A stretch of 63,634 nucleotides of DNA, filler included, from Blastocystis sp. subtype 4 (Eukaryota), in the NCBI RefSeq assembly GCF_000743755.1. It is 2 parts of 2 records of this genome, joined end to end, with 100 filler letters (N's around TTAATTAATTAA, not from the genome) between each part and the next. Parts side by side here need not be neighbours in the genome. Positions count along the whole stretch, not along the records: positions 1 to 31,809 come from NW_014569437.1; 1 more part is not named here. One strand, given 5' to 3'. Positions 12,801-25,123 of this stretch are shown one piece after another (within the stretch, counting starts at the first letter, position 1; every line of letters begins with the position of its first letter). The notes beneath the pieces were generated by a model that had not been told where the DNA came from, did not search any database, and worked only from the letters and a program-made list of their open reading frames with translations. Made by a program: the position numbers and the translations under genes.

Positions 12801-15697
12801 ACATGACGCACTGTATCTGCGGGACATTTGCATTCTCCTGTGGCCTTTTCCCACTGACCAGATGCTCCACAGAAACGATCATAACCAGAACCCAAAGCAC
12901 CTTCATCACAATCCAAATGAAGCATCGTATTGCTGTTTGTAGCGTTGAAGTAGAGTCCTCCAACCCATTCACCAGGACACTGGATACGTTTACATTGATT
13001 GTTCAAGTCTGTCCAAGCACCTGACAGACTGCAGCGATAGGAAATCGAGCCGGTATACAAGTCACCACAAGCCTTCTCCTCTGGTATACTACTAGGATAT
13101 GTTTTAGAGAAGATATAGGATAATCCATTCGCGTTTACCTCGACAGGATCACAATAACAACCACCACTCTCTACAACAGAAGACCATTCGCCTGAAGGAC
13201 GACAGTATCGAGAAATGCTACCAATTGCACTGGATACACAGCTTATTTCAGAAGTCTTACCACCCTCTGTTACAGGCCACTCCACACCCTCATATATTTC
13301 AGCAGGACACGAAATATGTTCACATTCATCTACACTCTCCCATGTACCCAGACCTCTGCACTCATAACGTACAGAACCAGTATAGTTTTCGCTGCATGCG
13401 AAACTCATAGACACACCAACTGGAGATTCTTCTAACGACCCTTCATCAACCTCTGTCGCTGGACAATAACATAAACCCTCCACAGATTCCCATTCACCAT
13501 CAGCATTACAAACTCGTTGTATATTCTGCTGACCATCACTGCACTGTATGGTGGTGGTGGTCAACGACATGCTAGCTGGCCATGTGATATCATCAAAAGT
13601 CTCCTCTAAACACATATTTCGAGTACATGTGTTCGAGGTTTCCTTCCACTCACCGAGGAATGAACAAACACGCGATACTCGACCACTGTAGCCTTCAGCA
13701 CAAGTTTGTTCAATATCCTGACCGCTTCGAATAGAAGGCCAATAATTACCAATCGCATCTGTGGTCTCTTCACACTCGCAATAACCAATCACCTCTCCCC
13801 ACTGACCATTCGGGAAACACGGACGTCCATACGACTTGCTGCTGCTTCCAGCACACATAAACATCACCCACTCCCCTCCTTTTGTTTGATTGAATGTTAA
13901 CTCACCGAGGGTCTCGGCAGGACAGTACACAACTTCCTCACAACCTTCAGGCTCCTCCCAGATTCCAGATGGACCACAAAGACGAGTGATATTCATCTCA
14001 GGATCCTTCACACAAGGCATTGTTGCCATTTCATTTTCCATCGTCTCTGGGAACTCATAGTGAGTACCAGCATAGTTCGACCAGTCTTCTGAGGGACAGA
14101 AACATGAACCTTCTTGAGGATCATCCCAAGTACCACCAGGATTACAATTACGAATCGAGGGAGTACCCACAGCACCGAGTGCACAATTTAGAACTGCAGT
14201 ATAACCTGAGGCGGTCTGAGGCCAAGAGTCCTCCTCAGGACAGTCGCAACGACCTTGAATGGGTTTCCATGAACCATAAGAAGAACAAGTACGAGTCATA
14301 CCATCACCCTCAGCGCCAGGATTACAAGTATGCGTTTGAGTGCTCAGTGCCGGAGATTCTTTCCACTCAAGTCCATTAGTTAAAACAGTAGGACAAGAAC
14401 ATTCGCCCACAATAGTTTGATTCCATGTTCCATCCACATTACACATACGACGATATCCAGAACCAATACCCCCATCATCACATGAATGTCTAGCTTCCTG
14501 TCCACCATGAGTAGCGTACCAATGTACATTACCATAGTCCTCCTCCTTACACATACATCCTCCAGTCACGATATTACTCCACTCACCATTCTCGAAGCAT
14601 TCACGCTCACGAGATACAGTCGGATCATTACTACAACTCATACGAGCAGTTGCACCTGCTGCTGTCTGCGGCCATTGAGTACCATAGTAAGAATCTTCAG
14701 AACAAGTACAATTCTTATCAATATAGTCCTTCCACTGACCATGAGCATCACATTCACGCATCATCAGCTCATTTGGATTACCTTCGTGACAACTCAACGT
14801 ACGAATTTCTCCACATCTTGTTTCAGGCCAGATCGTATGTCCAGTTCCCACAGCACGACACATGCAGGAATCATCCCTTGACTCCACCCCTATTACTCAT
14901 CTCTCCTAGACAGACCTACCCTCACGCACGAAGTACATACAATGAGAACTAGCCAGACTACCACAGCTAATAAGACGATCCGAATCCGTCTTGTTGACGT
15001 TTCCAAACCACACTGAATATGTATCAGGTCCTGTGGGAATCAAAATAGAACCATTATCGTTAATGAAGGAAGTGAAGGTGTAATCACTCTTTCCCCTATG
15101 CATCAATACCTCAAATCAAAGTAACGATTCCGAGAACGTCATGTTGCCATAGGTATTCTCACCATCAACGAGATCATCAAGTGTCAAGATAGACTCCGCG
15201 ACAGATACATTATAGAAATTCACAGCTGAAAACTCATTCATCACAGAATCAACAGGCATTGCAAGAATTGCAACAGCTTCCAGACCCTCAATGGGAGATA
15301 CTCCAACTACCTTGATGGAACTAATATCCTCAGTCTTTGTAATGAAGCCTTTTGCATCATCATAAAGAGAAGCATAGGAATAACCCTCCTTTGCAATATT
15401 GTTGTTCTTATAGAACATAGTCCATCCTCCTCCATTGACAGACATCAGACAAAGTGTTAGATAGGGATCCCTAACCATTTAACGGCCTACAGAACAACTT
15501 ACACAAGCTGGTTATTATTGATATAATACAGTCCATCCACAGCAAGAGGATTCTTAGTAAGTACCTCTTGACACGATCCATAGGCTGTAGATGGGTCATT
15601 GTCTATAAGGGTGAGAGCACATTTCGAAACCGTTACAGATGCCATAAGAGAACGAAACCGCTATCACCAAACAAACAAGCACCAGGAAGCGAGTCAT
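9866..15697 (-). CDS. ~1,900-aa secreted mosaic protein: signal peptide, fibrinogen-C-like domain, 15 HRM-like Cys repeats, FN3/Ig-like region, Big_5-like Ig domains
   Basis: Four ~30-34 nt introns join MTRFLVLVCLVIAVSFSYG to SCQEV...DGLYYI...LCLMSVNGGGWT...MYFVR and then to ORF 9866-14887. Repeats follow C..W/F..T..G...C...R.C...G.W...C. TGTTTGTT lies at 9850-9843. Confidence 0.8.
12490..14870 (-). repeat. 15 tandem ~50-58 aa Cys/Trp repeats (hormone-receptor HRM-like), diverged at DNA level
   Basis: Counted manually in the translation from CRAVGTGHTIWPET... to CPEERVGNFIWPAT...NNC. Confidence 0.8.
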
Positions 15698-16172
15698 TCT
15701 TATATTACTTTAACGATTTTCCGTCTTCAAAAAGATGGACCAAGATGGCCCAATATATGTATTTTTAATAGCATATATTAGGGTCCATCTAAGATACCCT
15801 ATTCTATTTCAACTGCAAATATGAACAATTGTATTTGTAGATAGCTAAAGTCTATAGGAGGTATAGCTAAAGTTGATATTACTGTCAATCCAAGATTGCT
15901 TCCACAGTGGAGATTTATGTCAGTTTCTTTTTTGTATGACTATAGTCCATAACAAATGATGAATCTATGCAGATTTGTTTTAGGAATGAGTTCAGGTGCT
16001 TATCTCATAACTCCAAATTCCAAAGTACTGATATACATCCATTGCGGATCCGTTTTCTATGAAGATAACTTGCAAAGAAAACGGTACAATACAACTGACT
16101 TAGATAAGCTGCTAATTGTTGGAATTCCAAAAAAGATTATGATTGACTTGGCATATTCTTACGACACTTCAA

Positions 16173-18089
16173 ATGAGTCAGCAGGACCCAATCTACGGTA
16201 TTGCACTCGTAAGAACAAAATGTAGAGGTCATTATGGATAGATCTCGTCAGATAGTGTTAATGGACAAAGGTTGGTTTTCCCTCTCTGTTGTTCACTAGA
16301 CTTGCATTTCGATATCCTATTGAGTTTTGTGGTCCTGAGATCACTTCGTTGTTTCAGATCACTGGAGACTATTCTGGCTGGAAACGATTCGCACAAATGT
16401 TTAATCCATTCAACAAATCGAATGATCTACTCATTTCGATTGGAACCGATGTATCATTGCTTCCTCGTTACATTTCTGTGGATAGTTGTAATAGTGAGTC
16501 TACTTCCTTTGTTCTTGTTCTGTTGATCAATACTGTCGTTGTGCGATCATCCTTTCATATTGTTTCTTTTGAAGATTGTGTTACTAAAGTAATATTAAAT
16601 CCAACTCATGACTAGTAGTTATCCAAATGTCTTCTGAAAGAGGAAAAACGCGTTAACTATCTCACTCAGGAAAAAACGATTCTCTTTAGTGTTTTAAATG
16701 AAATGAAAGTGGTCTATAAGCAACAACCCAAGTTGGAGAAGTCTCGTAACCATATGTCTTTCCTGTCATCTAGATGACCAACTCATTCTAAGTATTCAGT
16801 TGGAGAGATCTCAACTAGCACGAGAATTATCACAAGTATTTCATGAACTCAATTACTTCAATCATACCTCTCTTTCAATCAATAATAGCATTCTATTCCA
16901 TTTCACCCTTCCTACAATCCATCAACCTCAGTCATGCATCCAATTCTACACTTCCGAACATACCATCAATGAAGAGAATATGGAGCAGTATTACTCACTT
17001 CTATTATTCAAGCCAACCTCCTTTTATCTTCGTGCTGTAAAAGCAGAACTGACTTCGTTCTATGCTCGATTTCTGGAATTAGCATCTCCCTTTGTGACAT
17101 TCGAATCAATGAGTGTAATATTGGATGTGCCTCTTCAGAAAATATATGCTTGTGCGTTAAGTCTTCAAGCAGCAAACACTGCTGTGATTCACATGTGTAT
17201 CACCAAGTACACTCATTTTGCTGTACTTTCCTTTCACTGTATGTTCTTTAGGTTGCTCCTCATCTCTCACATTCAACAATTATCTCTGCAAGTCACGGAT
17301 TTGATGCACGATTCAAGGAATTGGGATCCCTCATCAATCTTCTTGCTCTCTTCAGCAATATCCCTTCTTTAGAACGAGTCTTCCCTCAATTCAATCAATC
17401 CTCTTCATCGTACATCATTCGCACGGCAGAATCTGCATTAATCTGTGATGCACTTGTATGAGTAATGTTCATCTCTCACATAGTTCTGGTTGATGCAGCA
17501 ACGACTCATTATTCCCGTTATTGTTTATTGTCAAGTCTTTTCGGATCCTGTTCCTAATGAAGAAGAGAAATTTCCAAGAGACCATCCATCATCACACTAT
17601 TTGACTGAATATTCAGCTCATCATCGTATACCAAGTACTCATACATCATCAAGCACCATGTCACCTGGTCCTTTGTTATTGGAGACATCAGTAACAGAAA
17701 CAACTCTGGAGTCTATTGCTAGTATTTCTCTAGCATCAAAACTTCGAGAGTCTGTTTATATTCCGTTTCATATGTGTCTCTCCGATGTCTCATCTGAACC
17801 TGTGTACTCATCAGCTGGCTTCTCAGGTGAGTTGAAGCCACAAATGTCAGAATCACTTTCTTCATTTCCTGCAGAAATGCAATGGATTGAATCTAAGAAT
17901 GGTAAGAGCAAGGAGATATTAGAGAAGTGTATTCCACTTATGAAGGATCACTACTGTATTGATGAGATTTGTTATAAGTTGCATATTCCTCATGCTTTAT
18001 TTTGGCGTATGATTCGTGATAATCATAATCGATGCTATGTATACTATGCTATTCCTAATCTCTTCTCTGTTTCATTAAGTAATAATTAA
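16173..18089 (+). CDS. NPRL3: Nitrogen permease regulator 3-like (GATOR1 subunit)
   Basis: Spliced N-terminus MSQQDPIYGIAL-ISSDSVNGQR-LAFRYP, then LSKCLLKEEKRVNYL, SQLARELSQVF...LSINN and YYSLLL, all characteristic of NPR3/NPRL3. Confidence 0.7.
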
Positions 18090-18115
18090 ACACAAGAGCA
18101 CTATCATTTTCATAA

Positions 18116-19623
18116 CTAATATTCACACTTATTATTTATCTTCTCTTGACTACGTAAAAATGAATTGTAATGTGTCCGCACTTGTTCTCCAGTAACTCCA
18201 ATATTCAATCGAGTTGCTATTTCCTTCCATTGATTTGGTAACTCCTTATACAGCTCCATCATCATCTGATGTTCTTCATCTGTCCATTCTCGAGCTCCTT
18301 TTGATGGAGTGTTAATTTGGATCCACTTCGACTTACACTGAGTTACATCTCGAGTTCCCACATACCGAGCTACCATTGCCCAATCACTAAACAGAGTCTT
18401 CGCTTGATACAATCGACGTATCTCTGCTGCATTCCATCGTCCCAACTACTCCTCACTTCCTTCACTCTCTCCTACCATGGTCTTTCGACTCAGTACACGA
18501 CAGTAATGTTGCCGACACTCTGTCTCCGACCGTTTCGTTGGAAGTTTCGCGGATAATTCTAGGAATAGTTCAAATATCCAAATTCTACCCATTGATACGA
18601 GTTTCCACCGTTTCCCCTTATATTTTGCTACTAAGATTCGCAACTCTTCATCCTCTTTTTCTGTCCACACATGACGCCTATTTCGCATTGGAAAACGAGG
18701 ATTTTCCTCATCACTATCCTCAGTGGAATTCACATCCTTCATCTTCGTAGGGATGGGATGATCTCGCTGAGGAATTGTTGAATATACAGGTACTGGATAC
18801 GAAAGTTGTTGATACGCTTGTGGTGAGTTATATGAAAAAGGCTGCAAGGATTGCGCTGAGTTACATGAAAAAGTTGGTTGAGAAGATTGTCCTAAGGGCT
18901 GCTGAAACAATGATGAAGGAATTGGTGACGAGAAACCTCGTACTGGTTGTTGATAACTGGAAATCGATGCTTGCTGAGACATAATATTCTCAGGGGCAAC
19001 ATTTGAAGCCATATATACACCACTATCAGGCCGAAACAACAACGGCAATGTAGAACAACACTGATTCTGAGAAGGTACATGGACTAGTTGGGCATCTTCA
19101 TGCTTGAAATCCATTGCATGTATATTGACTTCTCTATCATTGTCTTTTGGTGTATCCACAAAAGCATCAGCCATCTTTAAAGTAAATCCTGACAAATCCT
19201 TTAACACTTCTCCTCCAACAAGATAATCCGTTCCATCATAATACACCATGTCATCTGGATCCTACATATCAACCATACCTTATTCTGTTTACAGTAAGTC
19301 CAACTGGTAAAGTAAGAGAAGAGTTGCGAGAAAGAGAAGAATGAACTGGAGTACCATCAAAAGAGAGAGTTTGATCTGCCTTTTCTAGCCCTGCAAAATG
19401 AATTATTCCATCTTCATCCGGAAGGTTTATATCGAGATCACTAAAAATAAACTCTAATAACTGGTATCAACTCTGGAATTAAATACATATCCTTATCATC
19501 TTCACCAAATACATAAATCTTTCGGGTTGATTCAGGTTGATCTTCATCCCAACTGTCAAACACATCCGACAAGGAAAAGGGGGTAAATTCAGACTGTTTT
19601 TCACCTGGATTTTGCACTACCAT
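18116..19623 (-). CDS. Myb-domain transcription factor (three Myb repeats), paralog 1; start approximate
   Basis: WTEKEDEEL...KRWKLVS...KRSETECRQHY, RWNAAE...GTRDVTQCKSKW, WTDEE...NQWKEIA...QVRTHY. Confidence 0.85.
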
Positions 19624-19764
19624 TCCAGAATGACCAATTCATATAAAATAATGAAGGAATGATTAAAGTTAGGTAAAGATTATACTCTATCTTTTTACGA
19701 CATATTAAACAAACACCTAAGAAACATAAATGAGTATGAATATAAAGATAACGGACATAGTTAT

Positions 19765-21146
19765 TCATTTGACATTATGTCCTTTTGCCGAATCCCGTTC
19801 AAACGCTTGAAAGTGATTCCGGACTTGTTCCGCAGTAATGCCTCCACCTAATTCCTACTTGTTACGAACTTCATTTAACCCTACAGCAGCTATATTTCTC
19901 CACTGATAAGGCATGCGGTCAAACAGTCGTAAAAAATAGGTGTGTTCCTTCTGGCTCCATTCACGAGCACCTTTCTTCGGAGCTTCCAGTTGTTTCCACT
20001 TGGATTGACACTGACTTTTATCGCGAGTTCCAACATGACGCGCAATATCCACCCAAGAAGTGAATTTCTTATGAGCTTCATGCAGTCGTTGAACTTCATC
20101 CGAACTCCAGCGTCCCATCTTTCCATCACTCATCCATACTTTACCTACAGCAGTGTTGCGCTTAAGCACTCGGCAGTAGTGCTGGCGACATTCCGTTTCA
20201 GGACGAGACGTTCCCAATTCTATTCCTCAGTTCCTGTTTTTAGTCCAACCTTTTGCAATCAAACGCCATTTGTGATGATTGTACTTTTCAACTAGTTGTA
20301 CTAACTTTTCGTCTTCTTCTTGAGTCCAAATACGGCGAGTATTCCCATATTTCTTTTTCGCTATGACTCTCTTCACCTTAACTGGTTTTACTGGCTCAGT
20401 ATCGTCACTTTCTGTGTATGCGTCCTTAGAGATAGAATTATCATCAAACGGTTCTTCTGTTGGGGATGAAGGAATATGTACCAACGGATCCTCTGCTATT
20501 TCTGTTCCTACTATGGACGAAGTCAGAATATCGTTGGAAGACGGAAGTGTATCCTCTTCACAGAGAAAGGGATTAACCAACTCATCAACATAAGAATGAT
20601 TGACTAAGTCGGATTCAGGGTGATTTGTTTCGGGTTGCTTTGAAGATGTGCTAGCATCTACCTTCTGATCCCGAAGACTGAAAATGCGGGAGTACATTTC
20701 CATTATCTGATCATCGGTCATCTCATTGTCAATAGATTCCAAAAGGGAATCGCGGTCATTTGGAATGTCTTCTGTTAATGGTATATTAGGATAATAAGAA
20801 TGCTCCAGAAAGTGATACTACTAATCAGAAAGATGACTATGAACATACATCATCATCATTACTTAAACTGGTCCCCTTTACCACAGTCTGATCTCTTGCC
20901 ACCTCGCTTGTAGAGGCTAAAGCGTTCGCTGAAATGTGGTTGGTACCGTAGATATCATCGGTAATTGCAAAACTTGTCATAGGCATTCTAGGTGTTACTC
21001 ACCACCATCACCTCTTACCCAGAAGGAGTACAGGAAGATGGAATGGAAGATAGTATATCATCCGAACCAATAGATACAGAAGATACTGCACAGATTGTGT
21101 CTAATGAAGGGATACATATAGTATCCTGATAATAGGCCTCATTCAT
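19765..21146 (-). CDS. Myb-domain transcription factor (three Myb repeats), paralog 2; start approximate
   Basis: WTQEEDEKL...HKWRLIAK, RPETECRQHY, GTRDKSQCQSKW, WSQKE...QWRNIA-ELGGGITAEQVRNHF. TGA at 19767-19765, TGTTTGTT at 19715-19708. Confidence 0.85.
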
Positions 21147-21206
21147 CCTCCAAACAATTAAATATGAAGGAGGAAAGGTCTAAGAAATGAATGGTTGAAG
21201 ATTGGA

Positions 21207-24200
21207 TCAGTAATAAATGAATAAAAGTAACATACCGCTATTCATCGCAAATAACCGTGATCTATCGGCAGCTTTAAGTATGATTCGACTATTCAGTCCT
21301 ATATCATCCAGTTTGATAGAACAAACATAAAAAATAGAAAGAACACTATCAATATCAAGACTCGGAAAGAGACTTTCCAGTTGTCGGACAAAATACCCAT
21401 ATCGAGGTAACTGTTTCTGAATATAGTGAAGGATTTGAAATAAAAACCCATTCACAAGAAGGTCAAACTGACCGCCATGAACTCGTTCCTGGACCTGTTC
21501 AAAGTAACGTAAAGTCATCTCCATTACTTCCTCCTTCTCTTCCCAAATACATTGATATGAAGCAACATATTGCTTGTAATACAAGCGAATTGCAGAAGTT
21601 AAACCATGTTCCTTAACTTGGTCATGTACAAGGGAGTCGGTTGTAAGAGTAGAATTAGCAGACAGCAGGATGTGACAGCACGAATGATCAAAGAAGAAAT
21701 TCAGAAGAAGAACACGTTCATTCCAGTCTCTACATGGAAACAGGAATAGTTGAAGGAATTGGAAAACGATAGGACACGAATAGTATTCAGTCACCACACA
21801 TTCACAGATCTTATTCAAGAGATTAACCATTTCTTCCTTAGGTATCAATGAATCTAACTCATTTAGACAATCAGAATGTTCTTTGCATGGTCCTTTCTTC
21901 TGTGAAGTCAAATAAATGGGAAGCAAATGTGACAGAATATCATTCACAGCTTGTGATTGAACAATCTCACTTCCAGCTAAGCAGATATGAAGTAAGCAGT
22001 AAAACCTCATTGCTTTGTCTTTCTCCTTCCACACATTACACTCACATGTTTCCATTTCACGGACAAACTCTAGGAGGGCAACTGCTTGATGCTCTGAAGC
22101 TACAACCAGAGGAGATGAACTAGCTTCTTCTCCTAGTTTGCGGAAGCGAAGTTTAAGAAAAGGGAGAACAAACCAATATGATAACAGAGGAAGAGAAGGA
22201 TGGATTGAGAAGGGTAACAATTGAAGACTCTCACGATCTTGAAAGACAGGAAGATGAAGAGATTGGGAGTGTTCGACGATACGTCCATCTCCCAATTGCT
22301 GAATCAGAAGATCCGTAACTGTATCGAGATCAAAGTTTAAGGCAGCCTCTTCAGATCGATTTTCCACATATGTCTTTAAGGACACAGGGTCAAGAAGAAC
22401 ATGGATGATAAGTTGAAGAGCAATATATTCATCACCAGGAAGAATTGATAGAATTGTTTGCCATGCTGCTCTCCAAATCTGAGCTCGTTGAGAAGATCGG
22501 TTCTTCTGAAGAGGAAGAATGGTATGAAGGATCATGATTGCTTGAACATGGGCAAGAATCATATTTCGATGGAGATACGAATAGCTAATTGAATGAGGAC
22601 AATAGTGAGCCTCATGCCACAAATCTTGGATAGCAAAGTCTTGAAGATCCATTAGCCATCCTGAGTCTCGAAGCATAGTAGCAAACTGGAGACTGTTTTG
22701 AATTCCACTCAGTCCAACACGAATTACAGCAAAACATAGATCAGAAAGACTGAGAAAACGTTCTTCTGTAGATGTAAACACTTCAGGAAGGATATTAATG
22801 AATTCAGTTTGGAGATTCGGTTTAGATGGAATAGTATTCCAGATTGCATAGATTTGATGATGATATGAAATCATTTCTTTCATCCATTCCTTCGCATGTA
22901 ACATTAGTACATAGCCCAATTGCACGATTTGATTCTGGATACTGGATTGAGTCTCTTCTGATATATCCCAATGCTCTCGACATTCATTGATCAAATCAAT
23001 GTAACTCCCCAAAAAATGAGTCACTGCCCCAATAATGGGAACTGGTGTTTTTTCATCCCGTAAGAGTTCTACTGCCAGTAATACCAGTGTATTACAAAAA
23101 TCAATGAAATAAGTGGAAGAAGTATTTCTCTTACTAACTACACTCACTTCAAAGAAAGACCATGCCAAAATTCGATTGCCTAGAGAAGCAAATTGACTGA
23201 TTCTTACTAGATGGGGCAAGAATGGATCAATATTTGCAATGTCCAATCCATAAAGCAGACACAGTCTCCAAACACTCAATACCCCTTCCAATAAACAATT
23301 AACTTCTACTGATGTGGACTGTTTAGAGTTCGTTTCATCAAAGAAGAGAAGCCACTGTTTCAGAACTGGAAGAACCGAAGATCGAACGATATTAGACGCA
23401 TTCTTACGACTATGACGTACTAATGCTTCTAGTAACAAGAGTACATGAAGACTAATCGTAAGAGATGAATGAGGGAAATGTGTAATATAGAACAGACGAA
23501 GAGAAGGAATACTCTCTGTCTGAGATAAATCAGATTCTTCAGAATGATGTGATCCACTCGTTTTTAGTGAATCACCAAGAATACTCACATTCAGATATCG
23601 TTCACATAACTTCTCCAATGATGTGAATAAGGAGCTCTGATTCACAATCTGTTCACCAAATCGAGGATCCGACTCTACCAGGACTCGTAAAAGACTAATT
23701 GCAGGGCCCAGAACTACTGGAATGGCAGAAAAACGCAGGAATAATACAAATAAACGATCCATCAGGCCTCCTTCCAACAACATTGTGAACAGATTCGAGC
23801 AATTGGAACGACGATATGGGTCTTTCTCATCCTCCTCTTCATCATCTTCATCTGGAACGAATCGCATTGCATCTGCATCTTGCAAATGAGCATGTTCATA
23901 ACCGTGATAAGTGAGGTTCAATAGCAAACGTCTATTCAACTCTTCAGGAGATGTACATAGTTCTTCTAAACACCGCAAGGATAGAAATACCTCTTCTGCA
24001 CCGTTGAATCGCTCTAATAACATTGTGAGTGTTCGAAGTACCGAAATTGGGAGTTCTTTTGGACTCAGAGACTGACCACAGAGCCGTGCCAATGAACGAC
24101 GGTGAAGAATGTTGTAAAGACACTTAAGAGCTAACACACGCTGTCCTGTAACTGCACTTCGACATAAGAGTGTTAATTCCTCGATGGTGTAGCCAGGACG

Positions 24201-25075
24201 ATCGGCCTCTTCCCCATGGTTATAGAGACCTGAAGAAATAGAGATAGTGGACGAAGCCTTCGATGGAAGCAGAGTACCATTGAAATGAAATCGTGGAGTA
24301 TTGGAAGTGGATTTCTCAGTTACTGGATTTGTCCATTCCAATTTGAGTTTTTCAGCATCCGGAAGCAACGCAACAGCAGCATCGAGATCTGTCTCTGTCT
24401 TGATTTTGGAATAATCGACAGAATTCGCAACTTCTCGGGCCTCCTCCTCTTCTGTTGCAATAACGGGTGCCATTTCCACTGCAGGTTCCATAGACTCCTT
24501 ATATTGACTTCGTTTCATTAAAAACGATATTAGTTTAGGATCAAGAGAGTGAAGAAGTTCTTCACGGGCTTCCTGTATCTCCTGTTCTGACATCTGCCCA
24601 AGAATTGAGTTTACATCTCGTTGAATATCTTCACGACTCACTTCTTTGGAAAATGAACGTTCAATTCGTTCTTTTTCGTCTGGTGACAAGGGAACCGTCA
24701 TTGTGGCTGTCCGTTTTTTCTCCAATTCCTGATTTGCTTTTGCTTCCATCGCCTGCTTGAAGATCGACTTCTTTCCATTCGATCTACTCTTTCACCTCCA
24801 TGTTTACATTCATACCGTGTAGATAACGATTTGTTCCCTCGAAAAACCGATTCAGCTTGAGGAAAACCGCGTCCAACAGTTTCCGGATGTTCCGATGATG
24901 AAATAGATCCTTTTTCCCGTTCACGAATGGTTCCTACCGGTGAAAGGTGCGATGCAAACAAAATGGAAGCGGATTCATCCGTTGTGCTTTTTCTCTGCTT
25001 CTCTTTAATAATTTCTACAGATGGCTTCTTGCCACTCTGTAGAAACTCCTCTTGGGCACGTAGATCGTCCTCCAT
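21207..25075 (-). CDS. RPAP1: RNA polymerase II-associated protein 1 (RPAP1/Rba50/IYO)
   Basis: RPAP1_N motif MSEQEIQEAREELLHSLDPKLISFL and RPAP1_C motif GLYNHGEEADRPGYTIEELTLLCRSAVTGQRVLAL. The 3' end may include one more intron. Confidence 0.88.
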
Positions 25076-25123
25076 AACAATGACTGATAACAAACACTTC
25101 CACGCCACACATAAAATACACAG

